NCBI RefSeq assembly: GCF_006345805.1
Contig: NC_042997.1
Coordinates: 55,056,001 to 55,120,000 of the forward strand
Direction: 5' to 3'
Length of the DNA: 64,000 nt
From: Octopus sinensis
Lineage: Eukaryota
Each line of letters begins with the position of its first letter. Position 1 is the stretch's first letter. This document shows positions 30,355 to 44,576 of this stretch, piece after piece. The notes beneath the pieces are model-generated. The model worked only from the letters and a program-made list of their open reading frames with translations, was not told where the DNA came from and ran no database searches. Position numbers and translations under genes: made by a program.

Positions 30355-30745
30355 CACACATATATGTGTATATATAACATTATATTTGTGCGTATGTGTG
30401 TGTATATATATATATATGTATATATGTATTTTTTCAGTTTCTACCTTCCACACATAATATATATAAAGAGGAAATTTTGTGTATATATTTAGAGTTGAAT
30501 TGTTGGCGTAACTATATTGTTCCAGTGATCTGATGAGCTCGTTTTCTTTATTGTACAATGTTGAGCATACACATTAATGCAAAAATGTATACATAGTTTC
30601 TTCCATACTGAAATTAATACTACTCGAAGAATGTTGCGAAACGGCTGTAACCCTATTGAAGTAACGCGGCTAAATAAATAATATATATTCACCTTTCATA
30701 CATCCTTGCTTTATGGTTTATATTTACAATATTTATATATATATA

Positions 30746-31266
<521 letters not shown>

Positions 31267-32171
31267 TGTGTGTGCTTGTGTGTGTGTGTATGCATGCACG
31301 TATGTGTGTGTGCTTTATAGTTTATATATTCATTTGGCGGATATTAATAGCATAAAATCACATCATTGTTCTGAACTAAAAAATGCTGACGTTAACATAA
31401 AAGTTATTGAACGAATGTTTTGTAATTTGTTACAAAGTACAATACTGCATGACAAACTTACGTATTCGTTCTATTTTTATCTATTAAGAAATCCAACATT
31501 TTTATACAGCTTCCTGATATATTTCCCTACAATGAAAACCTGAAGTTATTTTTGTTTTTTCTTTTCAATATATTACACTTGGTTTTAGAACGAAGAACGT
31601 TATCAAAGTAAGTTTGTTGTGTCTCTTAGTTGAAGTAACGTTTGCCACATCCGGGGACACCAGAAGTGGTATATAACATAAACTTCACGAGATTACAAAA
31701 CATTTCCCAAACATTTACAATAATCTTTGTGGAATTCCGTCAGAAATTGCTGCTGATTCATGACATTTTCATTTTATCGATATTGCTTTTCTCCACAAGG
31801 AAATGGTTTGGGTTATAACTGACTGGCGCTATTGTAGGGGGTATAGTGAAGGATATCGGTTATTGTTTTGAAAGATAATTCTAAAATACATAATTTTTTT
31901 ACCTCTACACAACTGAATTTAAAAAAAAAAATAGCATTTTTCTTCGACAACAATATTAGTCTGGCATTGTTTTTAACGCCACGTGAGGTTACAAGGAAGT
32001 TTCCCCCCCCAAAGAGTAACAATTATATTCGGAAAAAATGATAATATTGTTACAGCTTAAACTATTGATTTCTTACAGATCTATTTGGCACAAAAATGAG
32101 TTTCTGTAACATTCATGCCTTTCTATAACGTGGTCAAGAGCAGCAACTTTCTATGGCACTCACTATATAAA

Positions 32172-32607
32172 TATTGGTACAAAGTCAGCAAGTTTAGGGG
32201 TGTAGACGGGGCAGGTAAGTCGTTTACATCGACCCCAGTGCTTAACTGGTACTTATTTTATCCATCCCGAAAGAATGAAAAGCAAAGTCGACCTCGGCAG
32301 AATTTGAACTCAGAACGTAGTCGGACGAAATACTGCTAGGCATTTCGCCCGGCCTGTTAATGATCCTGTCAGCATGTCACCTTATTCCTTATATGAATAT
32401 TAGTTTCAAATTTTGGTACAAGGCCAGCAATTTCGAGTCGGAGGATAAGTCGATTACATCGACCCAACTCTTCAGGTTATCTTATCGATCTCGAAGGATG
32501 AAAATCAAAGTCGACCTCGGCGGAATTTGACCTCAGAACGTAAAGTCGGATGAAATGCCGCTGAGCATTCTGCCCGGTATGCTAACGGTCCTGCCACCTC
32601 GCCGCCT
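32172..32607 (-). mobile_element. Two tandem SINE family B copies
   Basis: Two AAAGTCGACCTCGGC.GAATTTGA blocks, each with its own head. Confidence 0.75.
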
Positions 32608-33475
32608 CTTTCGCTAAATAAATATTAAAATATATTCTTGGCAAGACGTAGTCTTTACCTCAGGCCAGATAAAATGTAATTTATTTGTCCGTTCCCTTCT
32701 CAAAACCATTAGTGGTACAAATTTGTTAGAATTTGCTCCATCTTTTAGTCGAAACTGAATTGGAGGGACTGAATTATGAAACCCCTCAAGAAATATGGAG
32801 AATTTAAAATAAGTTGCAACTTGAAGAAGAAACTAACGCCACACACACACACACATGCACACACACACAGAGACAGGCAGACACACGCACACACACACAC
32901 ACACGCATACACACATTAATCGACAAATAGGTAAATAGACAGATGCGAGAATATTTTAACGAAATGCCGCTCTATCATAGACTACCCCAAAATTATGATA
33001 CTCAATACAAAATCATTCTGGAATCTAAAAATCGCTTGGCTAAGGCGGGGGCTAAGCAATATCGAAACCCTGTTTCTGATTTCTTGTCGAAAACCATTCT
33101 CTTCATTTACATCTCATCGCATTTCTCACAAAGTCAGGAAGCATTACGGGGACGGTAGTCTGTGTTACATTACTGAGACGTTTTGGAAATAACTATCTTT
33201 ACATCCTATTTTCCATCTTCGAAATAAATTATAGAAATTATAGAAATAAATTATGTGTTTAGTAAAAATGGAAAAGAAGTATATTTTATTTAACTTTGGT
33301 GATCACCGTATAATGACAATTAGCTATCGGTAAGCCGAAATTGAGATTTTCAATTCCTGATCGAAAAGGTTTCACATCTCTTATGTCCCTGATTCTGTTA
33401 GGAATATGATCACCACAGGATTCTATTTCTTCCAATGAAAGCATTACTATTCGTAGACGATATTCTTCCTCATTA

Positions 33476-34070
33476 AGGTGGCAAGGTGGCAGAAACGTTA
33501 GCACGCCGGGCGAAATGCGTAGCCGTATTTCGTCTGCCGTTACATTGTGAGTTCAAATTCCGCTGAGGACGACTTTGCCTTTCAGCCTTTCGGGGTCGAT
33601 AAATTAAGTACCAGTTACGCACTGGGGTCGATGTAATCGACTTAATCCCTTTATGTGTCCTTGTTTGTTCCTCTCTGTGTTTAGCCCCTTGTGGGTAGTA
33701 AAGAAATAGGTACTTCGTCTGTCTTTACGTTCTGAATTCAAATTCCGACGAGGTCGACATTGCCTTTCAGCCTTTCGGGGTCGATAAATTAAGTACCAGT
33801 TAGGCACTGGGGTCGATGTAATCGACTTAATCCCTTTATGTGTCCTTGTTTGTCCCCTCTGTGTTTAGCCCCTTGCGGGTAGTAAAGAAATAGGTATTTC
33901 GTCTGTCTTTACGTTCTGAATTCAAATTCCGACGAGGTCGACATTGCCTTTCATCCTTTGGGAGTCGATAAATTAAGTACCAGCTGAGTACTGGAGGAGC
34001 GGTGTCGAGGTAATCAACTATCCCCCACCACCAAATTTCAGGCCCTGTGCCTATAGCAGAAAGGATTATT
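33476..34070 (+). mobile_element. SINE family B with three tandem internal units (trimer)
   Basis: A ~185-bp unit (TTCAAATTCCG..GAGG.CGAC.TTGCCTTTCA.CCTTT.GG.GTCGATAAATTAAGTACCAG) repeats three times behind one head. Confidence 0.85.
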
Positions 34071-34149
34071 AAAGCGACACTTCAGGTCGAATTTGATGCA
34101 AATTCATTTTCTATAACAACTTTTACAATGTCACTGTACCTTCTGCGTG

Positions 34150-34452
34150 AAGACGCGTGGCTTAGTAGATAGGGTATTTGACTCATGATCGTAAGGTTGT
34201 GAGTTCAATTTCCGGTGGCGCCTTGTTTATTTGTCGTTGTTCCAGTCCATTCTGCTGGCAAGAATGAATTGTTCCTAATATTCAAAGGGCTAACCTTGTC
34301 ACATTCTGTGTCACGCCGAATCTCTCTGAAAACTATGCTAAGGGTACGCGTGTGTGTGGAGTGCTCAGCCACTTGCGCGTTAATTTTACGAGCAGGCTGT
34401 TCCGTTAATCGGATCAACCGGAACATTCGTCATTGTAACCGACGGGGTGCCA
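34150..34452 (+). mobile_element. SINE family C (tRNA head, ...CCTTGTCACA.TCTGTGTCACGC.GAAT.. 3' body)
   Basis: Shares its 3' body with 57486-57756, 4405-4585 and 51768-51880. Confidence 0.7.
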
Positions 34453-34814
34453 GTATCTTCTGCAGTGAAATACTACCATCTAATGTTCATATATATTTAG
34501 GTGATAAGATGGAAGAATTCGTTTTGTAGATATTTCACCATCTTCATATAACAGTAAGATGGACTAAAAACAGGTGAGCTGTTGGTGCCACTAATAGGCA
34601 GTTCCTTCCAAAGCTTAGCGAATAAACTGCACGAGTGTTGTCAAGGTGACGGTTCTGTCAATTAAGTACACTTTCTATAATGTAAGCTTTTGATATTCAT
34701 TCCAATATGCTGGTTATTTCATCTACAGCAGCATTATGAAAACCAAGTCAGACTTTGAATCTTCCAGTAAGCAGTTCTTTTAATAAAGGTAAAGGCACTG
34801 TTCTACAGGACCGC

Positions 34815-35466
34815 ACACGCACGCACGCACACACAAACAAATGCACACGCACACACGTATACATACATACATACATACATACTACATACATACATGCATA
34901 CATACATACATACACACACATACACACACATACATACATACATACATACACACATACATACATACATGCATACATACATACATCCATCCATCCATCCATA
35001 CATACATACATACATACATGCATACATACATACATACATACATACACACATACATACATACATACATACATGCATACATACATACATACATACAACATAC
35101 ATACATACATACATACATGCATACATACATACATACACACACATACACACACATACATACATACATACATACACACATACATACATACATGCATACATAC
35201 ATACATCCATCCATCCATCCATACATACATACATACATACATGCATACATACATACATACATACATACACACATACATACATACATACATACATGCATAC
35301 ATACATACATACATACATACATCCATCCATCCGTCCATCCATACATACATACGTACATACATACATAATACATACATACATACATACATACATACATACA
35401 TACATACATGCATACATACATGCATACATACATATATACATACATGCATGCATACATACACACATA
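34815..35466. repeat. Complex (TACA)n/(CATC)n satellite, about 650 bp
   Basis: Read directly from the sequence. It is the source of the long YIHT/MYVC pseudo-ORFs. Confidence 0.95.
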
Positions 35467-35468
35467 TA

Positions 35469-35670
35469 CGAGGGGGTGCTGAAAAGTTCCTGGCTTTGGG
35501 TAAAAGAAAATACAGGAGGATCAGTTATTTATGATCTTATTCAAAATACTCCCCTGTCAGGTTCACACATTCATTGCAGTGGCCCGTAAGTTTTTCCAAG
35601 CCCTGTAATAGAACTCGGCAGGTTGGGCTTCCAACCAGGCCTTTCACGAAACCTTTAAAGCACCCCCTTG
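35469..35670. mobile_element. Mariner-derived MITE with TA target duplication
   Basis: Inverted termini TA|CGAGGGGGTGCT ... AGCACCCCCTTG|TA. Confidence 0.8.
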
Positions 35671-35821
35671 TATATACATAGATGTACAGACATATTTCAC
35701 TAATATGCCTTTCTTCTCATTTTCTATGCTTTCTTCGCTTTTTCGATCGAATCTCTAGCTAGCCAACATGGGATCCCTTGACGACAATGTAAACTTCTTT
35801 TCTTCTTTTGATTAACGTACC

Positions 35822-35910
35822 TTTGGTCCGACGAGTAGCTAGCGGATTACCTCTCACTTAGAAAATTACTATTTTCGAAGTTCTGCTAGCTATGAAACTT
35901 ATGTAGCCTG
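35822..35910 (+). ncRNA. Decayed type I hammerhead-like fold with extended stem II
   Basis: CCGACGA (U4C) - GUAGCUAGCGGA/UCUGCUAGCUAU (12 bp, 2 GU) - GAAA-C(UUAU)G-UA. Stem I is weak (GGU/GCC). Confidence 0.55.
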
Positions 35911-35943
35911 GATTTTACCTACTCCATTCCTTAATTTTGGATA

Positions 35944-36015
<72 letters not shown>

Positions 36016-36168
36016 TAGCATTATGACCCGTCGTTGCCGAGTCATAGTGCTAGTACATGTATATATGTGTATATATATATGTGTACATATTACATGTCCA
36101 TCTATATATATATACATCTACACATAAAATACAAAGTTATATCTTGATATTGCTAGTGATAACAATAC

Positions 36169-37045
36169 TCAAAATATATAACAGACTGGAATTGTAGGCC
36201 TGTCTCTTGCAATTTCAATCAATTGTATCTTGTCCTCCCTCTTGTATAGAAGTTTGACAACAATCCAGCCTACCTCTATTTCTGGGGGGATATTTTTAAT
36301 TTTTATCCAGGACGTCCAACGTCCTAGATATAAAGGTAAAAATAAAATATTTCCACTTTGCAAGGTTCGAGTCGAGTACTCCTTTGCACGCTCCGTTGAC
36401 TCGAACCTTGCTTCTATTGTAGCGAATTTACCGCCTCTGGTTAAATATCTTTCATAGTCGCACCAAGACACTTTTCGATGGTGCTTTCCTCCAGGTGTTC
36501 AAATTTTTTTTTCTCTACATTGTATACTTTATAGACAATAGTCTTTTCTTTAATTTAATTTTTTATTTCGTTTGGTGGTATTATCCTAGATTCACCGTCT
36601 TTGTCGGTGATCAATCCGAAATAGGTTTGTATTCCATTTTAATTTTAATGAGTTCGCGCCCGCCGACGGCTGCAGCGAAATTCATTTTTGGACTTTCTTC
36701 TATCGAAGGCATTCTAAGAAAAATGCTTCCGTATAAACGTTGAAAATATTGTCAATTTCCCCAAACAGGGACACAATTCAATTTTTAAACAGTAACCAAA
36801 GCTCCTTCTCCCAAAGGGGGAGGGTTACAGTTTACAATTATTTAACAAATACAACACAATAACGTTTCCCTTACGAGGAACCAACAAACGTGATAATAAT
36901 AGTTAAACAGTAATAACAATAACAACAAACCTTATGGTGAATCAAAAAGCAGTACGCAGTTGAAGCTATATTCTTTATGTATAAAAAATAAACCAACAGC
37001 AGTACTCAGTAGAAGCGGCTGTTCGAGAAAACAGACATTACATAC
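36169..37045 (-). mobile_element. Probable LINE 5' end / ORF1-like remnant
   Basis: Protein-like peptide GKFATIEARFESTERAKEYSTRTLQSGNILFLPLYLGR...IKIKNIPPEI, truncated, with no splice signals seen. The ORF1 assignment is by resemblance only. Confidence 0.45.
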
Positions 37046-37079
37046 AGCCAAACTTCATATAGATACTTAATGCTAGCTA

Positions 37080-37602
37080 ATTAGCAGATAATCTAATGTA
37101 AAAGCCGTGGTAAACGGTATGCGCACAGCTCCATCTGGACTATTCCATTTCTGCACACTAATTTTATTTTTAATTTATTCCCATTCATGTGAAACCACTT
37201 ATTCAAGTACAAATCATTGATGCAATTTTATACCAATTGCTTATTTTTTATTTGTTATGTTACGATTATATTATACTTTAGTTTGATTTTAATTATTACT
37301 TACTACATATAATTCAATTGTTATTATTATCTCTAATTTATATTGTTAAAGTGAAAGTATCTGACATAAAATAGAGAAATGTTTTTGTTTCACTTTTAAC
37401 ACGTAATACTGAAATAGTGGAGAAGATATGATATTGCTATGGGCTCGCCCTATACAAGAAATTGAACATTTTTTGCCCATGTAACTACATGGACCCTAAG
37501 TAAGGCATGTGTAAAATTTGAATGGAATTGGTTGTGTAGTTCTCAAGTTTTAGGGAAACACACAGACAGACAGACACACATTCTCAGTTTTATATATATA
37601 TA
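37080..37602 (+). mobile_element. Non-autonomous Helitron/Helentron-like element
   Basis: The 3' end (AAATTTGAATGGAATTGGTTGTGTAGTT...ACAGACAGACAGACAC..TTTTATATATA) resembles DINE/Lep1-type non-autonomous rolling-circle elements. Confidence 0.5.
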
Positions 37603-38549
37603 TACACAGAAAGAGAGAGAGAGAGAGTGAGAGATACACACCTAGACAAAAACATAACATTCAAACATACACGTGAGTAAAGATAGATGCACACGCATAG
37701 AGGCACACATATAGGTGCATATATCGACCTACAAAAGAAAAAAACACTCAATGACAAACGTACAGTCGCTGTCAAAGATGGAGATGCATGCACACACTAA
37801 CTTATAAACTTACAAATAATAATAAGAGTGTATAACTAAATTGTTTCCCTATGGATAATAGTTTTATGTTCTGCTAATGCTTGCATGGGTTGTTGTAGAT
37901 GCATAGTTAACCTATAGCACAATGAAGTGGTTGTGCCAACCATCTTAAATATCCCTTTTATAGCAGTTTACAAATTTCATGTTTATATTGAAAGTATTAT
38001 GATATCAATAACACAAAAAGAAATCTATACAAATATAACAGGAATTACAACCACAGAAAAAAATAATGTTGTGTTTTTAATGAACTATGTGTTGTTTCTG
38101 TGTGTGAGCATGTTTGTGTCTTTGAATGTCTCAATATTTTGCCACTGTGAAAGTGAATATGTGTAAATGAATTTTTTTTTTGCGTTCATGTATTCTTGTG
38201 AATATGTGTATGCGAATACAAGACTGTGAGTTCGTAAAGGATCCTGTGTGTATATCACATGCCTGCAAGTGTGTACGTGGATATGAATAAGCACTTGTGA
38301 ATGCTTCTGTTTGTGTATAAGAATGAGTAACTCAATCACCCCGCCCCCGCTCAATATACTGAGGGAATATCTATTTCTTCCAACCAATCCTTTTTTTTTT
38401 AATTTTGAAATAAAATTTTTTTTTCAAATCCTCACCAACTTTATTTAATTATATATATTTTTTGTATCAGAAGGTCATTTTTTTTTTAGTGACCTTTTGA
38501 AAAATTTTAGGGCTAGTAAAAATATTCGATTAGTGCACTCTGATAATTG

Positions 38550-39370
<821 letters not shown>

Positions 39371-39699
39371 ACATTGCAGCTCCTAATGGTACGTGTTTAT
39401 GATGTTTATTACGTTGAAGATAACTAGAAATAAAAGCGCAGTATTAATACTACGACTTAAGAAAATTTGGGAAAATAAAACAGGAGTGGAATGCCATGGA
39501 GGATGGCATTGGAGGACCAAGAGAGGTGAAGGGCAGAAGCTGGAAAATGGGGAGTGGGCGGCAGAAGCGGCATTGGCGAGAAAGGAGGGATATTAGAAGG
39601 GACGTGTGCATGTGTGTATATGTGTTTGTGTGTGTGTATGTGGTAAGTGGTAGGGAAGGTGGGTGGGTGGAAACAAAGAAATAGACAAGCAAAAAAGCA

Positions 39700-40480
39700 A
39701 ACAATGCCATCCCACCCACCCACCATATTTCGAAAAGAAGGAGGCCGGTCCTGTGGGGAGTGAGCGGGAGTCCGTAGGTGCTGGGATCGGGGGGGGGGGC
39801 GAGCGGCCCCGGCATTGCACAATAATTTACTTGACGATTTAATCATGTGAGAGATGAACATAAATTTTACAAGTTAAAACTCTTCAACAACAACAACAAC
39901 AAAAGCAGCAACAACAACAACAATAATGAAGCAGGAAAGATAATAACCACTAACAATAAAACATCAGCAATAATTACGAAAAAAGAACAATGTAAAAATA
40001 TAGTAAAAATGAAAAATGAAAAATTACATATAAACAATAAAACATTTACGCCAGAATCAAATTGCTTTTAAACTGCTTAGCTCGGCTTATCTCTTTCATC
40101 TGTCATCGACGAAGAATGAAAACCAAATAAAACACACACACACACACATACGCACATACATATATGCATATATATATATATGTCTGTGTGTGTGTGTGTA
40201 CATATATGTATATATTATAGTATATACATACATATATAACTATGAAGCATGCGCATGAAAAACATCAATAAGCGCAATAATAGCAAAACAAATGACTATT
40301 GTAAGCCTTTCAATTTACATAACCAATTAAATTGAGTGACAAAGATATAATCATTCACAAAACACACCATTACGCAGTTGGCTAGAAAAGCGGAGCGGCG
40401 GGCGATATTTACATTAAACAGCCATTAAAATTCCACAAAACCGTTTAGTACATAAGCAATTATATGTACTAAAACAGAGT
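39700..40480. promoter_or_regulatory. Candidate cis-regulatory region: GC-rich island plus blocks dense in homeodomain-type motifs
   Basis: Unique CpG-containing blocks at 39735-39860 and 40300-40470 carry TAATTTAC, CCAATTAA, CCATTAAA, TGACA, CATAAA and ACAAAG motifs between microsatellites. The evidence is motif-only. Confidence 0.3.
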
Positions 40481-41786
40481 CCTTATAAACGGATACATAT
40501 GCATTGTATGTATTCACTCTGTTAAGTGTGTTATACATTAATATTTACACACATGCATCTTTACACACACATAAAGTCATATGCATATGATATTATAATT
40601 TATGTCATTTTATGCATGCAAAACTTACGACAAATCTGTCTATCCAGCTATCTAGTTACATAAATATTCACACACATATAAACCCGCACTCGCGTGAGCG
40701 CGCGCGCGTACTCACACACACATATACACACACATACGTACACACACGTATGTGTACGCGGGTATGTACATTGACCTCTCTCACCAACCTCGCACTTGCA
40801 CATGTAATCGTTAATTTGTGAAGAGCAGGCTAATGCGAGACGAAACTATAACCAGTAAATTGTGCTCTATGTATGTACTTGTATGTATGTACACGTATGC
40901 TTGTGTACGTATGTGTGTGCCTATGTATATGTTTATTTATGAGTAAACAAGAATTATTAATATTTGCTGATCATAATTTCGTTCAATTCAAAAAATTATA
41001 AACAGAGAGCTTAATTGAAATAAATAATCGCCGGTTATTTCTGCTAACAGGTGAGTGGAGTAGCCATAGGCACTAAGACATAGCCCCATTAAGGCTAAAT
41101 TGAAATGACTCCATTTTTAGGCTCAAATTTCGACCCAGTTTACTGGACTCGGATCCTGAGCTATACCGATAGATGTATTGCTTCCACTCTACTAAACTGA
41201 ACAGCGACTCACCTTTTTCATCAGCGCTTTACTTTGCAATTCTCTAGAACTTCTCTAATCGTTCCAATCGTACTCGGGTCGCCACACCTCTTCTTAAATA
41301 TCGTCAAAATTCTATGTAACCTTTTGGTCAAGAATTTCGTCGTCCTTAGTCAAACCCAACTAAGAACTTTTACATGCTTTCTTTGCAGCATTCTTTCGGT
41401 CATCTTCCAAGCCTTATCCAAACCTAAAGTGTACGATCACCAACTAGACCCCCAAACCTATGTTCAACCTAATACACAGCATAACGAGAACATTATGTAT
41501 TACACTGCACCTAGAGGAAGTGCCGTGGGGGTCAGTGTTTACCTGATTGTGGTAAGTATTAATGTAAGACCGTGTATACTTATTATACGTATTTCTTTTA
41601 GCAAAGTCTGTTAGTATAATTATATGTTTTTATCTGTCAAGGAGGCTATTTTGTTTGTGTGATTTGTACTGGTGGTGAAATAATTTGGCCATTCTTACTT
41701 GGGAATTCTCTTGGACGTCTTCTTATTTTTGAGGTGCAAAGCTTCTCTTTGTTTCCCCACTCCTTATAAGTTCAAAACTTATAATT

Positions 41787-41834
<48 letters not shown>

Positions 41835-42195
41835 TTCCAAACAAACATGATTTTTAATGAAATCCTAATATTTTTTATGAACTTTTTCATATTTTCTCAA
41901 GATTTTTCCTTGTAAACAGTTTTTAACATTTTCTTATTATTATCAAAGAATGTATATATGTATTGTAATATTTTGTGACAACCAGTACTTAACACAACAA
42001 AGCTTATACAAAGCTTTACATTTTACTTTTGACAATCTTTTTCTAAAAAGGTGAAACTGGTCGGTCAAGTGAATAAACATCTTTTAAAATTGCATTTTCA
42101 AACCTTCTTTCATATATATTTCCACTTGTGCGGTACCTTACAACTTCACTTTGTTATATATATATATATATACACATGTATGTATGTATATATAT

Positions 42196-42255
<60 letters not shown>

Positions 42256-42799
42256 ATATATATACATGCATGTACAAATTTAATTTATATATTTATGTAT
42301 CTAGTTTTAACAATATAAACATACACATGCATATACACACACATATTAAATTGTAGCTTGTTGCTCTGGGATCCTTTGCAAAACACATTTCAATCAGTCA
42401 CAAAACTCGTCTTTAAAAATTAAACGTATGCACACACGCACACACACATGTATTTCAGCCTTAAAGATGAAGTTAATATTTCGAACATTTACTTGACGCA
42501 TTTTCTTTTTTATTGGCGGCCTCTTGAAATATAGGAGTATTTTTCTGTCTCCAACAGCAACAAGCGAGAAGAATTTTATTATAAGGCTACATGCATAAAG
42601 CAATTATATCATTACTAAAAACAAGATATTTTTCTTTTTTTGCTGGAATGAAATTAACTAATCACAAAGCTAAAACATTACCACAGATTAGAAGTGACTA
42701 TAAAACATTGTATGAGAGTTTGAAAGTTATACACAAGCACATACACAAAATTCACGAACAGGCATCATGTGCATTCACATACACTGTCTGAATATGTGC

Positions 42800-42840
<41 letters not shown>

Positions 42841-43002
42841 GCATATTCACTGTGTATGTATATACATATATAAAGGTCATCAGTGTTTTAAAGGATATTT
42901 TAGTTCTTGTTAATACGATCATATCGTTTGATTAGTTAATTTACATGACCTTTTCGAAATGTGTCTACATCAAAGTATAGATATGTATCAAAACACACGC
43001 GT

Positions 43003-43079
<77 letters not shown>

Positions 43080-43218
43080 AACACACAACACATATACACG
43101 CACACATATATACACGCATGCATATATATTTATATATATTATATATGCACATGTATTAATGTTAAAACATTTTAAATATACTTTTTATAAGCATATCTAA
43201 ACACGGTTATGTGCATAA

Positions 43219-43778
43219 ACAGGGGTGGGGTAAAATTAGGTATATTACATATTTGCTTCATATGAGTGGAATGTTCTTTTCATTTCCCTATTTCTTTTTA
43301 CCTCAGTGAGTCATAACTCGACTAAGGTATCTGTGGCAGAAGCGTAGTTTAATAGAAGCCCATATTTTTGATTTCTGGGACTGTTAGTCAATGCTTGAGA
43401 CACAAGCATCTCATTTTCTTCAGGGGTAATACTGACCGGTTCTCCACCTCTCTGTGCATTGCATATGAATCCAGTTTGCTCAAATTTGTCGCGTATTCCG
43501 TTAAGTATTGACGGTGCTGGTCTTTCAATTTGTTCAGTCCACATCTGTCCAACCATTTCTGCATTGTCTTTCTTCCAGGGCTGCTTGATATCCTGCTTTC
43601 GTTTATTTTTAGTCATATTTCCATCTATTTAACAAATATCTGAAATTAGGAATAATCATTTTATTACAGAAAGAATTAGTTAATCAAAGAATTTTTATCT
43701 TAAAAAAGAAAGAGAAAAATGAAAAGAAAATTCATTCATACTCAGCACCTGGTTACTTATTTTTGCATACACCTGTAC
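43219..43778 (-). mobile_element. Tc1/mariner-superfamily remnant (N-terminal HTH region)
   Basis: Translation IRDKFEQTGFICNAQRGG.PVSITPEENEMLVSQALTNSPR. Imperfect inverted ends ACAGGGGTGGGGTAAAATTAGGTA / TTACTTATTTTTGCATACACCTGT. Confidence 0.7.
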
Positions 43779-43911
43779 ACACACACACACACACACGCAC
43801 ACACACACACACATATTCATCTACACACACACATATATTCACCTACACACACAGATATATATATATATATGTGTACACATTTATATATATGTATATGCAT
43901 ATGTAAATATA

Positions 43912-44110
43912 AGGCGAGCTGGCAGAATCGTTAGCACGTCGGGTGAAATGATTAACAGTATTTCGTCTGAGTTCAAATTCCGCCAAAGTCGACTTTGCCT
44001 TTCATCCGTTCAGGAGTCGATAAATCAAGTACCAGTTGAGTTCCGGGGTCGATATAATCGACCATCCCCTCCCCCAATTTCTGGCCTTGTGCCTATGGTA
44101 GATAGGATTA
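43912..44110 (+). mobile_element. SINE family B
   Basis: Head GGCGAGCTGGCAGAATCGTTAGC with the family B body. Confidence 0.8.
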
Positions 44111-44123
44111 AATATATGTAAAT

Positions 44124-44179
<56 letters not shown>

Positions 44180-44184
44180 TATGT

Positions 44185-44498
44185 TGAGCTGAGACCCCCT
44201 TCGGTCATGACTGACCATGGGATTGCACCCAGAAAGTTACCCGCCCAGGCACAAGTCCGGGCAAGATTGTTTATGGAAGAACAGCAGACGCCCATGCATA
44301 CCGGCCTCCCATCTCCACGCCTCCAGTGTTATCCAACGGAAAGGCAAAGGCTGTGATGTCACAACTCATTTCTACAGCTGAGTGAACTGGAGCAACGTGA
44401 AATAAAGTGTCTTGCTCAAGAACACAGCACACAGCCCGGTCCGGGATTCGAACTCACAACCTCACAATTGTAAGCTCGATGCTCTAACCACTGAGCCA
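44185..44498 (-). mobile_element. SINE family D
   Basis: Minus-strand TGGCTCAGTGGTTAGAGC (A box) and GAGTTCGAATCCC (B box), followed by a GTGTTCTTGAGCAAGACAC body. Confidence 0.8.
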
Positions 44499-44530
44499 TA
44501 TGTGTGTGTGTGTGCGGTGTACATATATAT

Positions 44531-44576
<46 letters not shown>

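Noticed and set aside
34520-34775. Plus-strand small exon candidates (TTTTGTAG...CAG|GTGAGC and CTACAG...|GTAAGC)
   Set aside because: Short pyrimidine tracts, stops in most frames and no recognisable peptide; not distinguishable from chance.
34748-35589. Long ORFs of 175-259 aa (YIHT/MYVC)
   Set aside because: Translation of a (TACA)n satellite. The same applies to the IYLS, THTH and poly-I/L/N ORFs throughout the window.
41050-41110. GVAIGTK-like Penelope RT motif
   Set aside because: A single short motif with no extendable frame, too little to call as a feature.
44430-44498. tRNA gene (also the heads at 7790-7858 and 57486-57545)
   Set aside because: A and B boxes are present, but they continue directly into repeated SINE bodies with no proper acceptor stem or terminator.
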